From an uncultured bacterium (GTDB taxonomy: Bacteria; Auribacterota; Erginobacteria; Erginobacterales; Erginobacteraceae), in contig CAWGIE010000031.1 in NCBI GenBank assembly GCA_963822585.1, positions 32,001 to 96,000 of the forward strand: 64,000 nt of DNA. The letters run 5' to 3'. The position numbers and the translations under genes were made by a program. Position 1 is the stretch's first letter. Each line of letters begins with the position of its first letter. Positions 47,859-58,489 of the stretch are shown here, one piece after another. Below the pieces are notes generated by a model. That model had not been told where the DNA came from. It did not search any database and saw nothing but the letters and a program-made list of their open reading frames with translations.

Positions 47859-50192
47859 TTAAATATTCGATTCCTTTTTCTTTCTCCCCTGACGATAATA
47901 ATAAACGATGGATAGCAACAGAGCCAGCACCGTGCCGTAGGAAACAATAAACGGAAGCACGAACTTCCAGTGACGGGAGTTGAAATAAAAGCGCACCCGG
48001 TGTTTCCCCGCCGGGATTTGAACCGCCTGCAGAACATTATAGGCCCGGAGGAGACGGGCTTCTTTCCCATCAACTTCCACACTCCAGGGAAAGAACCAGA
48101 ATTCGGAGAATATCACGAAAGCCGGTTGGGGGACTGTAACCTCGACGTCAATCTCGTCAGTCTTCCGCCCGCTGACAACGATTTCCCCTCCCGCCACCGG
48201 TGACTCCGCGCCGGGAAAGATAAGGTCTCCGGCATCCGCGGTGTTGAGATAAGCGACCTCCTTAACATCAAGCCTCCCCGCCGCCAGGTTCTCGAGAAAC
48301 GTCGTGTCATCGGTAAGTTGAGCGCGGTATCGGAGAAAGACTTCCTTCTCTGCCCCGGGGTTGATTCTCACGTGCTCGTCCACGATCTCGAAGTGCTCCA
48401 ACCCCTTTCGACTTATATCCTCTTCATCCCAGGTGACGAACAACGCTTCCAGGTCCACGAAATATTTCACATTGAGCAGGTCCCACATCGGGTTCGCCCA
48501 ATCATTAAGTAGAAACCACTGCAATTCGCGGACTCTGACTGGCCATTCCTCGTTGACAAAGTTGGCGAAAATCGGGCGAATATCGTCAGCGAACGCATTC
48601 AAGTAAAGGGCGTGGGAAAAGAGATCCGGATATTCCTTTCCCCCGAAGAAGGCCCGGTAATCCCGGTGCCCGGGATCCTGAAGAATAGCTTCGACCCGCG
48701 GTTGATGACAATAAATTTCCCCGTAAGTGTAATATCTGGTGGGATCGGTAACCCGCGTCTCTTCCAGGGAAAAAAAAGGCGTGGCCCGCTCGAGAATGAA
48801 AAACAGAACGATCAGCCAGAGAAATGCGCGAGGCAGAACCCGCAGGGTGACTCCCAGTATGACCAGGTAACTGCACAAGGCGAACAGGATATAGCGGAAA
48901 GGTATTTGGTGGATACCGGCACCCCAGGCAATCAGCAGACTTAAGGGTAACACGGCCAGGCTGATGGTTATGATTCGCTCCTCCCGCCCTCCGGGTAGGC
49001 GCTGAACCGCCTGGGCCGCGGCAAAACTGTAGCAGAAATAAAGCAGGATGGTCATCCGGGCCGGGTGATGCATCCCCGAAATCCGCATAATCCAGCCCAC
49101 GACAAAACCGAAGGGGGTATGATCTCCCATAATCCAGATCAGGGAAAAAATAAGCGTGGCATATATGACCCGGCCCAGCCGGTGCCGGCGGAGACTGAAG
49201 AGTCCCACTAAGGCCAAGAGAAAAATCGACAGCGAATATTCCGCGGTGCTTTCCCAGGGATAATCGGGACGGTCGGTGAAGGCTGTCGTGATATGAGTGA
49301 GCAAAAGTTTGGCGGGACGCAAGGAAAATTCCAGCAGTGTGCTCATACTTTCCTGGCCCCGGACGGAGTCCCAAAAGGTATATACAGTGGGAAGCCCCTG
49401 AACCGCGAATACCGCCGCTGCCAGAAGATATATCAGCCCCAGGGCCGCGATATTCCTCCAGGAAAACGGCCGGACGAAGAAGGCGGCGATGCCCATAAAC
49501 AGCATAAAAAAGGCGGTGGGTTTGACATCCCCGTTACAGATCAGCGCCAACCCTAGAAGCAGGGCGGTGCCGGCGATATATCCCCGATAGCGATGACGGG
49601 ATTGGCCCGGGCGCCAAAGTTGAAAATAAAGCATCAAAACCAGCGGGAGAAGGAGCAGGGCGGAGATTCTTTCATAACCGTGTCGGATGCCGAAAACGAA
49701 AGTCTGTTGGTTGTAGGCGTAGCCGAGGCCGCCCAGGAGGGCCGGAAGCAAAGAGAAGCCGCAGGAGGTGAGAAAGAGGTACATAGTATAGGCGCAGATA
49801 ATCTGGAGAACGGCGGCCACGATCAGATAAAAGATTAAATACTCTCTGGTGGAGGCCAGACAACCCAGGCGGGCCGCGAGCAGGAAAAGCCGGGTGACTG
49901 GAGAATGCAGCGGCGCCTGGGGAAAGGCGGGGGTATATGAAAGATAATACGGATCCCAGTAATATGTGGCTCCAGCGCCTCCAGCTTTAGCATAGGCCTG
50001 AAGATGGAGCAGGGTATCCTTAACCTCATATCCCAGCATCCCCTTGAAATCTTCGCTGAAATAAGCGTTGAAGTAAAACAGGAGAAAGGCGATAGTGGAG
50101 ACACCGATGACCACCGCGGTTTCCTTGGCTCGATGGCGACCGGAAGGTGGTTTGCCTACATTAGTCTCGATAGCGGCGGCACTTGGCTGCAT
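47859..50192 (-). CDS. YfhO-like GT-C membrane protein (divergent)
   Basis: Polytopic; YYWDPY, PAR, SEFWFFPWSVEVDG...AYNVLQAVQIPAGKHRV and a C-terminal TM. Likely start ATG 50192; the ORF-track start 50282 overlaps the upstream gene. Confidence 0.75.
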   Translation of the reverse strand: MQPSAAAIETNVGKPPSGRHRAKETAVVIGVSTIAFLLFYFNAYFSEDFKGMLGYEVKDTLLHLQAYAKAGGAGATYYWDPYYLSYTPAFPQAPLHSPVTRLFLLAARLGCLASTREYLIFYLIVAAVLQIICAYTMYLFLTSCGFSLLPALLGGLGYAYNQQTFVFGIRHGYERISALLLLPLVLMLYFQLWRPGQSRHRYRGYIAGTALLLGLALICNGDVKPTAFFMLFMGIAAFFVRPFSWRNIAALGLIYLLAAAVFAVQGLPTVYTFWDSVRGQESMSTLLEFSLRPAKLLLTHITTAFTDRPDYPWESTAEYSLSIFLLALVGLFSLRRHRLGRVIYATLIFSLIWIMGDHTPFGFVVGWIMRISGMHHPARMTILLYFCYSFAAAQAVQRLPGGREERIITISLAVLPLSLLIAWGAGIHQIPFRYILFALCSYLVILGVTLRVLPRAFLWLIVLFFILERATPFFSLEETRVTDPTRYYTYGEIYCHQPRVEAILQDPGHRDYRAFFGGKEYPDLFSHALYLNAFADDIRPIFANFVNEEWPVRVRELQWFLLNDWANPMWDLLNVKYFVDLEALFVTWDEEDISRKGLEHFEIVDEHVRINPGAEKEVFLRYRAQLTDDTTFLENLAAGRLDVKEVAYLNTADAGDLIFPGAESPVAGGEIVVSGRKTDEIDVEVTVPQPAFVIFSEFWFFPWSVEVDGKEARLLRAYNVLQAVQIPAGKHRVRFYFNSRHWKFVLPFIVSYGTVLALLLSIVYYYRQGRKKKESNI

Positions 50193-50202
50193 ACGGCGAC
50201 CT

Positions 50203-51297
50203 TCAGTTAGATGTCCGATGACCAGGGAGCCATTTTCGATGTCCGGGGAGAGAATGCGCGAACATTGCCTGGAACGCCTCACAGGGAGTCCAACATTGCG
50301 GACAGTCTCCCCCCTTGATGCTTTCCCGAATCATTTTCCGGGCGGAGGAATTCCAGAGTCTGTCAATCCGGTAATCGAAATCCCGAATGTTGCCGGCAGA
50401 GCGCCGATCAAGGGTACAGGGGCAACATTCTCCTTCCGGACTCAAGGTCAGGGAACTGGAGAACGAGCCGCAGAGAAGAGGAGACCGTCTCCGTTCCAAG
50501 AACAGAGGGAACAGTTGACGGTAACGATGCTCAAAAAATCCGCTGGGCGTTAGTCGATAATACCAGGGCATCGCCGAGGAAATTATCCTAACCCCCTCCC
50601 GGGCCTGTTCGGGGGAGAGGGTTTCTCCCGGGAGGTTGCAATAAAAAACGTCGGATTGATGATAGAAATTTACGTGCAGATCGGTATAGGGAATCTTGTA
50701 GTCTCGATGCAGACATCCGAAAGTATCCGCAAGGTCGCGGCAGTTACTCCGGGTAACGGTCAGCCCCAGGCAGACGCTGATCCTCCCCCGATAGGCGGAC
50801 TTGATATCCCGGTAGAGACTGATCGCCCGCTCGAAGAGCCCGTCCACGCCCCGCTGTCGGTCGTGATCCGCGCCGATGCCGTCGATGGAAATGGTCACGA
50901 TGATCTGGGGGACGGGACCGTCCGCTAAAACGCCGCAACCCTGCATCACCCGATCGGGAAGAGTGGCATTGGTGGCGAATTGCAGCAGGAAAAGTTTGTC
51001 AAGATCCCGCCCGATCGAACCCAACAGATTCGGAAAGTCATCCCGGAGGAAAATCTCGCCTCCACCCAGGTGAAGCCAGCGAAGGAAAGGTGCCGCGAAG
51101 CGGAAAATTCTCTCCAGTTCCTCCCGACCGAGCTCAGCCTGAGATTGCTTCTTCCAGACGTTGCAAATCTGGCACCGGCAATTACACCGGAGCGTCAGGT
51201 ATACCAGAAGGCGATATGGCAGACGAGGGGACCGATAGTTGCTGAGCGCCAGTTCTCGGATGAAACCCCACGTACGAGCTTTTAAGAAACGATTCAC
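50203..51297 (-). CDS. Radical SAM enzyme with SPASM/twitch domain (paralog of 45252..46346)
   Basis: TLRCNCRCQIC, GGE, SIDG...HDRQRG, CPQCWTPCE. Likely start GTG 51297 after AGGGAGGAG; the ORF-track start is 51438. Confidence 0.88.
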   Translation of the reverse strand: MNRFLKARTWGFIRELALSNYRSPRLPYRLLVYLTLRCNCRCQICNVWKKQSQAELGREELERIFRFAAPFLRWLHLGGGEIFLRDDFPNLLGSIGRDLDKLFLLQFATNATLPDRVMQGCGVLADGPVPQIIVTISIDGIGADHDRQRGVDGLFERAISLYRDIKSAYRGRISVCLGLTVTRSNCRDLADTFGCLHRDYKIPYTDLHVNFYHQSDVFYCNLPGETLSPEQAREGVRIISSAMPWYYRLTPSGFFEHRYRQLFPLFLERRRSPLLCGSFSSSLTLSPEGECCPCTLDRRSAGNIRDFDYRIDRLWNSSARKMIRESIKGGDCPQCWTPCEAFQAMFAHSLPGHRKWLPGHRTSN

Positions 51298-51612
51298 TCT
51301 CCTCCCTGGTGCACCGCCCCGCGGTTGAGAACCAGTGTCTTCAGCCCTGTGACCGGGACAACTGCGAGGTCCCTTCCGACGGTGGCAAATATTTGTTTGC
51401 TGCGACTGAGGAAGTTGAAGTACACTACCAGTATCCAAATGACGCGGCAGCCGATATGGACACGCTGAGCAATTATCCCGCGGTCGGGGCTAAAAAAGTT
51501 CGGAGCGCCGACGCCAATCTTATATTATTGCCGAATTTATAGCAAAAATCAACCCATATCGCCATTGCATTTGGTCGGAAATTAAAATCCAATACCAATC
51601 CAACGGGCTATT

Positions 51613-53019
51613 ATGAAAATCGCTTTCATTCAGAGAGGGTGGTATGAGAGCATCGGGTTGATGTCTCTGGCCACGTTGGTTAAACAGCAGGGCTATGCAG
51701 TAGAGGCGTTTATCGGGAGCGGAGAAAGAGATATTGCCTCCGCAATTCTCCACTATCGCCCGAATATCGCGTGTTTTACCTGCACCACGGGTGAACATAT
51801 CTGGGCGCTTGCTCTCGCCCGGGAACTGCAACAAAGCGGAGGGATATTTACGCTATTCGGCGGAGCCCATCCCACCTTTTTCCCGGATCTGGTCGAGGAA
51901 GATGGGGTCGACGCTATCTGCCGGGGCGAGGGTGAATATCCGCTTCTGGATCTCACACAGGCACGGGCGGCAGGGGCAAGCCCCAACAGGATTCCGAACC
52001 TGCACTTAAAAACCGCCAGCGGTATCGTCCGCAACGAACCGCGGTCCTTGATCGAAGACCTCGACATCCTACCCTACCCCGCCAGGGAAATCTACAACAA
52101 ATACTCTGCCCTGCAGAGAAATCCGACTAAGCATTTCATCGTCTCCCGGGGCTGCCCCTTCCGCTGCAGTTACTGTTACAACCACCTCTGGAAACGGCTC
52201 TACGCCGGGAAGGGGGATCTTCTCCGATTTAAGAGCGCGGACTACGCGATCGGGGAACTGGAGGACACCCGCCGTCGATATAATTTATCTACTGTCTATT
52301 TCGAGGATGACGTCTTCATTTCCCGGCCAGCCTGGCTCAGGGAATTCCTGGGGAAATATCGGGAGCGGATAGATCTTCCCTTTACCTGCAAAGTGCAGGC
52401 TAATGCGGTCACCGAGGAGACGGCTGAACTGCTGGCCTCGGCTGGCTGTTATTGCGTGTCCCTGGGGATTGAAACCGGCGATGAGGAACTCCGGAAAAAA
52501 GTTCTCAACAAGCAGATCTCCGACGACCAGATCATCCGGGCCTGCCGCCTGCTGATGAGTCGTCGGATCAAGATCCTAACCCTCAATATGATGGGTTTGC
52601 CGGGAGAAACTCTGGAGCAAGCCCTCAAAACCGTCTCCCTGAACTCCGCCATCGGAGCCGACTACCCGTGGTGTTCGATTCTTCAACCTTATCCCAATAC
52701 CGAGATTGAACGATACTCTATCGCGCAGGGGCTCCTGAGAAAGTCCGACCACCGTGATTTCAACCCGGTATTTTTCAAGGGCAGTCCCCTGGAAGGGGCA
52801 GAGACACAGACATTGGTCAGGCTGCAAAAATATTTTTATCTGGCGGTTAAATTCCCCGGATTATTGCCCCTGATCATCAAACTGATCAAACTCCCGTTCC
52901 GATTCATCGACCACCTGGTTTTTCTCGTTACCTTTGCCTTGAACCACAAGAAGTCGAACCAACTCTCCTTTCGTGAAATTGTCCGGTTCGGATGGCTCAA
53001 TCGTAATCTTTACTTCTGA
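51613..53019 (+). CDS. Cobalamin-binding radical SAM enzyme (group B)
   Basis: GLMSLAT, GGAHPT, GEGE, SRGCPFRCSYC, EDDVF, GIETG. Confidence 0.92.
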   Translation: MKIAFIQRGWYESIGLMSLATLVKQQGYAVEAFIGSGERDIASAILHYRPNIACFTCTTGEHIWALALARELQQSGGIFTLFGGAHPTFFPDLVEEDGVDAICRGEGEYPLLDLTQARAAGASPNRIPNLHLKTASGIVRNEPRSLIEDLDILPYPAREIYNKYSALQRNPTKHFIVSRGCPFRCSYCYNHLWKRLYAGKGDLLRFKSADYAIGELEDTRRRYNLSTVYFEDDVFISRPAWLREFLGKYRERIDLPFTCKVQANAVTEETAELLASAGCYCVSLGIETGDEELRKKVLNKQISDDQIIRACRLLMSRRIKILTLNMMGLPGETLEQALKTVSLNSAIGADYPWCSILQPYPNTEIERYSIAQGLLRKSDHRDFNPVFFKGSPLEGAETQTLVRLQKYFYLAVKFPGLLPLIIKLIKLPFRFIDHLVFLVTFALNHKKSNQLSFREIVRFGWLNRNLYF

Positions 53020-53095
53020 AAGACGGGGGAAAGACCGCTACCGCCGGAAAACTAGAACGACCGATCCTCACCCCGAACCCGGATTCCAGGATCCG

Positions 53096-54286
53096 TCAGG
53101 AGCGGGTCTGCCCCTTTCCGTATTGATCGAGTAAACTCTGAACAGCCTCGAACACCTCTCCCACCCCGATATCCTTCAAGCACAGATTATCCCGGCATTC
53201 GGAAGACTTGGCCCGAGTGGTGGTTATACAGGGACTGCAATAACGGCCGGAATAAAACACCCAGTGGCGGGGACCCTCCGGCGGTCCGTACAACTGCGGG
53301 GTTTCCGGACCGAAAAAAGAGATAGTCGGGGTATCCACGGCCACGGCCCAATGCAGAAGCCCGGAGTCGTTGGTGATTAATATCGAACACATCCCCAAAA
53401 GGGCGATAGTAGCCGGTATCGAAAGCTCACCGACCAGGTCGCGGAAGCGATTTTCCCCCGTGAAGTGGTCGGAAAAAGACTGCGCCTCGGCTTTTTCTTC
53501 GGGACCGCCGGTCAGAATTATCGCCGCCCCGGTATGGTTCAAAATCAGCCCGAGCAGTTCGCGAAAACGATCAAGGGGCCACTGGCGTAAGGGACAGAGG
53601 GGAGAAGCACCGATATGGACTGCAATCAGCGGACGATCGGAAGCAAAGCCGCTGCGGGAAAGAGCCTCCCGGGCACTTTCCCGGTCGGCTTTACCGATAT
53701 CGATCGAAGAAAGCTCATAGGAAGCCATCCGCACCCCCAGTTCTTCGGCAACGGCACCGAAGATGCGCCGGATGTGACGACGGTGATTGAAGTGAACCGG
53801 AACGTCCAGCAGCCGCCGACGGAGCCACTGTCTTTCGGCGAATCCAACCCGGACACGGCTTCGCTGGATAGTCTGCAAAGCGAGCGCCAGCCAGGTATAA
53901 TACTCCAGATTGATAGAAATGTCGGGCCGCGGGGAGAGCAGAAGCCTGACAACCCCCCGGACGAGTTCCGGGATTCCGGCAAGGGAAATTCCGTATATCC
54001 GGTCGAATATCCCCAGAGACCGGATGAAAGGGCTATGGTTCTTGGCGGTGACAATCTCGAAGACCGTACCAGGGTAAGCTTCTCGCAGGGCCTGTAAGGC
54101 GGGGGTGGCCAGAAGCAGGCTTCCCATACCGAAGAGTTTGATCACCCGGATTCGCCGGACATACGGCACCTTTTGGCCGGGGATGAATCTGGAGTTCCGG
54201 TGCAGAAGAGGAGAAAGCATCCAGGCCAGGAAAGACGCCGGTTTGCCCAGCCAGCGATCGCACCAGCGCATAAATTCGAAAGTCAT
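53096..54286 (-). CDS. Glycosyltransferase family 9 (heptosyltransferase-like)
   Basis: GMGSLLLATP, RQWP, TNDSGLLHWAVA...FFGP, CSPC...CL. Confidence 0.88.
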   Translation of the reverse strand: MTFEFMRWCDRWLGKPASFLAWMLSPLLHRNSRFIPGQKVPYVRRIRVIKLFGMGSLLLATPALQALREAYPGTVFEIVTAKNHSPFIRSLGIFDRIYGISLAGIPELVRGVVRLLLSPRPDISINLEYYTWLALALQTIQRSRVRVGFAERQWLRRRLLDVPVHFNHRRHIRRIFGAVAEELGVRMASYELSSIDIGKADRESAREALSRSGFASDRPLIAVHIGASPLCPLRQWPLDRFRELLGLILNHTGAAIILTGGPEEKAEAQSFSDHFTGENRFRDLVGELSIPATIALLGMCSILITNDSGLLHWAVAVDTPTISFFGPETPQLYGPPEGPRHWVFYSGRYCSPCITTTRAKSSECRDNLCLKDIGVGEVFEAVQSLLDQYGKGQTRS

Positions 54287-54849
54287 AATAATCGGTTCTC
54301 CGCGGAGACGGGGAATTGCCGGCGATCGCCGGGGTCTTATAACCGCCGCCTTGTCGAGATCTCGAAAGGGGAACTTCTCCGCTCTTAGAGATGGTGATTT
54401 CTCCCGGCGGCCAATGTATCATCCGCATGGCGGCTCTTCAATGTTTTTTGACAACATATTTTTTAGCAGCCCGCCGCCCCAGATGGATCAGTTCCCGCAA
54501 ATTGAAGAGGCTATTTATAATCAGATCACACCCGTGTGTATAACGTTCACAATCCGCTACAAACCGTCCCGGCGATCGGCGGCGGTCTTCAACCTCTGTC
54601 TGCTGATGATCGCCTCAGATTATGGCTCACCCCACAGACATTGTCCACTTTTCAGGGGAGCATCCCGTAGGAATAAAATCTTCCCCCAACACCGGTATTG
54701 TTATTGATCAACCTTAACCCTATCGGGATTTGAACCAATCCAGCGGGGCGATCTTGATTGAACAAACAGAACAAACAGATTTTGGATTTGCATTAACCAG
54801 ACAGATCGTTATTATGGTAACGTAGAAATTAAATTGAGCTGCCATCACT

Positions 54850-56340
54850 TTGATCAACCCGCATATGAAATTTTCACTTAAATTCGCACTAACGGCAGCG
54901 GGATTCGCTCTATGTTCGTTCTCCATGGCCGCCGAGCCCGAATTCTCTGCCCTCACCGGTACCGGGGGGAGACCGCTGATCGTTTTATTTTCTTTCGACA
55001 CCCTGCGGGCGGATCACTTAAGCTGCTACGGTTACCATCGCCGGACATCCCCCTTTATCGATGAAATGGCCAGAGACTCCGTTCTCTTCTCCAATCCGAT
55101 CAGCCAGGCCCCCCTGACCGCTCCCGCCCACGCCTCCATCTTCACCGCCCTGACTCCGGCAGTTCACCTGGTCAATAACCCCAACGATACCGATCCGGAT
55201 ATTTATAATACCCTTCCCCCCGAGGTTCCCACCCTGGCCTCGGTTTTAAAAGCCGCTGGTTACCTGACCGTGGGGATGCACGGTGGAGGCTGCCTCTCTT
55301 CCGACTTCGGCTTCGACCGCGGGTTTGATTATTATTCCAAGGACTTCTTCTTCAACTTTCAGACGGTTTATTACCGGCCGGAGCGGGAATTGCGGTCCAT
55401 CCGGAAGTGGCTGAAAGAGAGCCGTGACCAGGGAAAACCTTTATTCTTATTTCTCCATCACTTTCTCTGCCATCATCCCTACCTCCAGTGTCCGTCTGAA
55501 TTCGAACTCCGTTTCTTGCCAAAACCGGTCCCGGGTTTGCCGATTGACCGAAGCGGGCTGTTGAAGAATGAAGATCCGGGTTGGGGGATCTGGGATGAAA
55601 ACAGCGTCTGGCGCGATGTCGATCTCAATCGTCCCGATCACAATAATCATATCGTCTCACTTTATGACGGGAGCATCGCCTATGCCGATACTATCTTCCG
55701 GGATCTGCTGAATATCCTGAAGGAAGAAGGCTTTTACGAAAACTCCCTCATAATATTGACCGGGGACCACGGAGAAGAATTCAACGAACACGGGGGGAAG
55801 ATGCACGGCCGGCTCTTCATCGAGCACCTTCATGTTCCCCTGATCATCAAGTTCCCCGGCTACCGTTACGCCGGTAAAAAAATCCCGGATTTGGTCAGGA
55901 CAATGGATATCCTTCCCAGTATCTGCGATTACCTGGATATACCTCCCCCCCCCCGGATCCAGGGGGTTTCGATGCTCCCCCTTCTCCAGGGGAAGGGCCG
56001 ATATGCCCCCTTGATTTCCAGCTACGCCCTGGCCTACCAAGGTCCCCACTCCCGGGAGATGGACATCTCCGAGCGGCTGGTCAAGGGGGACTGGGCTTAT
56101 TCAAACCTGGAATGGAACGGTCAGACGGAATGGCTCTTCAATATTGCCCGGGATCCGGGCGAAAAGTTAAACCTTGCTCTGGTGAGAAAAGAAGTTCTCA
56201 AGGAGATGCGATCAGAAGCCGAACGCCTCAAAGAAGAGAATAAAGATTTTCAGAAAAACTTCGCCTCCGGTGAAGGAAGCGCCGCTCCCCTGGGAGATAA
56301 AGTTAAAAAACAACTCAGGGCGCTGGGGTATATCCGCTAA
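54850..56340 (+). CDS. Secreted sulfatase/alkaline-phosphatase-superfamily protein with Thr at the nucleophile position
   Basis: Signal peptide (SMA-A); DTLRADH, TAPAHASIFT in place of C/SxPxR, HHPY, YDG, GDHGEEF, DILPS, DPGE; C-terminal QLRALGYIR. Confidence 0.85.
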   Translation: MINPHMKFSLKFALTAAGFALCSFSMAAEPEFSALTGTGGRPLIVLFSFDTLRADHLSCYGYHRRTSPFIDEMARDSVLFSNPISQAPLTAPAHASIFTALTPAVHLVNNPNDTDPDIYNTLPPEVPTLASVLKAAGYLTVGMHGGGCLSSDFGFDRGFDYYSKDFFFNFQTVYYRPERELRSIRKWLKESRDQGKPLFLFLHHFLCHHPYLQCPSEFELRFLPKPVPGLPIDRSGLLKNEDPGWGIWDENSVWRDVDLNRPDHNNHIVSLYDGSIAYADTIFRDLLNILKEEGFYENSLIILTGDHGEEFNEHGGKMHGRLFIEHLHVPLIIKFPGYRYAGKKIPDLVRTMDILPSICDYLDIPPPPRIQGVSMLPLLQGKGRYAPLISSYALAYQGPHSREMDISERLVKGDWAYSNLEWNGQTEWLFNIARDPGEKLNLALVRKEVLKEMRSEAERLKEENKDFQKNFASGEGSAAPLGDKVKKQLRALGYIR

Positions 56341-56580
56341 CCGCCGCGAACCTTTCTGTCCCCGGCTGGACTGCCGCGGACCCGGATATCGGGGCGGCGT
56401 TCTCAACGCCCGGGGCGCTCTTTCTTCTCCCCCGGGACAGATTGCTTTCGGGGGCGCCTTTCCCAACGCTAAGCATATCTTCTCTTCTTCGGGCAGGTGT
56501 GAGCAAACCCGGAGCCGTCAGCCGTTGTTGCCGGCGGGGACGATCAGGTGAAATCTAACCCAGGCCGAGGATAAGGCGAT

Positions 56581-58476
56581 ATGTCGCATTTAATCACCGA
56601 TCATTCAAGATCCGGCAGCCTGAAATTCTATATCATTATTTTTGCGGGGATTTTGGTTTATATAGGATTTCTTGTTCTCAGTTATCAGTATCTTTTCGTC
56701 AAGGGACAACTGGGCCTGCAGCATTACCCGGACGCGGTGCGCAATGGCGTCGCGCTGGTTCCGGAAGATTTTATCCGGCCTTTTGACACCTGGCTTTTTG
56801 AATTCGGCCTATCCCGCCCGCGCTACCTGAGCGATATTGTCGAATTGCTGGATATCAAATTCCGGATCTGGCTGTTCAACCAGGTCATCCCCCACCCCAC
56901 TCTTTCCATAGCCTGGATATTCAGTCTGATCCTGGCTCCCCTCCTACTGTTTAAGCTGATCGAGAATATGACGAAAAGCCGGACGGCGGCCTGGATCGGG
57001 ATATCCCTGTATTGCGCTTCCAGCGGCTTCCTGTATCCCATTACCCTCTACGAGCAACCCGCGAAGCAACTGACCAATTTTTTTGTTATTCTCTGTCTTT
57101 ATCTTGCCTCGCGTATTACCGCCTCCCCGCAGCAGAGGGGTCATTTAACTGCCGCGGATTGGAGAAGATACCTGGTCCTGTTGGGAGCGGTATTCCTGAC
57201 CTTTAACACGGATGAGTCGAGCTGGATTATCTATATTGTCCTCCCGATTCTGTTCCCCGCTCTGTTTCTGGCGAAACAGAAGAAATTGCTCATTATCGGG
57301 CTGTATCTGCTGCCGCTTATCGCCTTTCTCTTAACTGTGACTTACCTGCTGCCGTTGATTACCGATCATTGCGGGTTTACAAGATTCGATTTCTGGGAGC
57401 CCCTGAAAAGATCAAGCCCTCATTACAAAAATCCCGTGCCCCTGATGAAATGGTTGATTTACAGCGCCCGCACCGGGGCTGGTCTGCTTAAAAGTCAGTT
57501 TGTGCGCTGGGATGCCAACTGGAGTGTCATACATTCCGCCGTTCTCGGATATTTTATCTATCTTTTTGCCCAGATGCCACCGTTTCGCAAGAAACTGATG
57601 CTCCGGACAGTAATCGTTATGTGCGTATTCATTCTCTTCCAAAGCCGGCTGAATATAATGGGGTCACCCACTCCTCTGGAGTATCCGTTTTATTACAACA
57701 GTTTATTTTCTCTTTTCCTGGTATTTCCGTTGTCAATTCTCCTGCTGCCGACAAATCAAAAGCAAATCATCAACTATCTCAACCAGTCTCTGTTTGTGAT
57801 AATCGTCGCGCTTTTGGCATATAACTTCTTTAAAATTAACGAGTTCTGTCTTCGGGAGGAGCGGGACGGGCAAGGAGCCCTGACCTACGCAATGGTACGC
57901 CGGGCCTGGCGCAGCCGGAACGATAAGGCCACCCTGGCACAGATGCAGCCCCATTATCCCCCGGCATCTGCCTGGATGTTCTTCGGCTGGTCCATCAGGG
58001 ACGGCCTCGATCAATACACGGAGAAGCGTATTGCCGATTCTTCGAACTTGCCGGGGAAAGAAACGGTAGTGACCGCTTCTTCGTATAATTTATTGTATGA
58101 AGGTGTCGAAGCGTTGTTCGATGGCGATCCCGATACCTTCTGGCAGCCGACACTGACGGTGATGTTGAGGCCGACATGGCTGATCATTGATTTCGGCGAG
58201 GGAGAGTTGAAAAATGTCAGGAACCTGGCCGCCCGACCCCGGCCGGGGCATCCAGATAAATTTTTCGGCAACGCGGCGCTCTTCGGCGGCCACGATGGGA
58301 AGAACTGGGAACTGATCGCTCCCATCGTGCAGAAGGCTCCTCCCCGGAACAACGATTGGATTCAATGGTCTTTCCCCAACGACAAGGCTTATCGCTATTA
58401 TAAATTCGAAATCTATGACGGAAACAACCCGCTGCGAAGATTCAATTCGATGGCGGAATTATCCCTGAGGGAGTGA
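56581..58476 (+). CDS. Polytopic GT-C-like membrane protein with C-terminal discoidin domain (family 4)
   Basis: RPRYLS...DIKFRIW, PAK, DE, YY; ALFDGDPDTFW...WLIIDFG...YRYYKF...MAELSL. Paralog of 40236..42290. Confidence 0.7.
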   Translation: MSHLITDHSRSGSLKFYIIIFAGILVYIGFLVLSYQYLFVKGQLGLQHYPDAVRNGVALVPEDFIRPFDTWLFEFGLSRPRYLSDIVELLDIKFRIWLFNQVIPHPTLSIAWIFSLILAPLLLFKLIENMTKSRTAAWIGISLYCASSGFLYPITLYEQPAKQLTNFFVILCLYLASRITASPQQRGHLTAADWRRYLVLLGAVFLTFNTDESSWIIYIVLPILFPALFLAKQKKLLIIGLYLLPLIAFLLTVTYLLPLITDHCGFTRFDFWEPLKRSSPHYKNPVPLMKWLIYSARTGAGLLKSQFVRWDANWSVIHSAVLGYFIYLFAQMPPFRKKLMLRTVIVMCVFILFQSRLNIMGSPTPLEYPFYYNSLFSLFLVFPLSILLLPTNQKQIINYLNQSLFVIIVALLAYNFFKINEFCLREERDGQGALTYAMVRRAWRSRNDKATLAQMQPHYPPASAWMFFGWSIRDGLDQYTEKRIADSSNLPGKETVVTASSYNLLYEGVEALFDGDPDTFWQPTLTVMLRPTWLIIDFGEGELKNVRNLAARPRPGHPDKFFGNAALFGGHDGKNWELIAPIVQKAPPRNNDWIQWSFPNDKAYRYYKFEIYDGNNPLRRFNSMAELSLRE

Positions 58477-58489
58477 CCCAGGAGCGCTA

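Noticed and set aside
50193..50282. Extended start of 47859..50282 and the LPGHR duplication at the end of the upstream radical SAM gene
   Set aside because: ATG 50192 removes the overlap. The degenerate 21-nt-period repeat is too short to interpret.
54287..54849. Possible ncRNA, small ORF or IS end in the 560-bp divergent spacer (gggctgctaaaaaa on the minus strand resembles aggctgttaaaaaa near 14659)
   Set aside because: No partner inverted repeat, recognisable RNA family or convincing ORF.
45252..56340. SPASM radical SAMs as anaerobic sulfatase-maturating enzymes for 54850..56340
   Set aside because: The sulfatase-fold protein has Thr (TAPAH), not the Cys/Ser of the C/SxPxR motif, and the RS genes are linked to glycosyltransferases instead.
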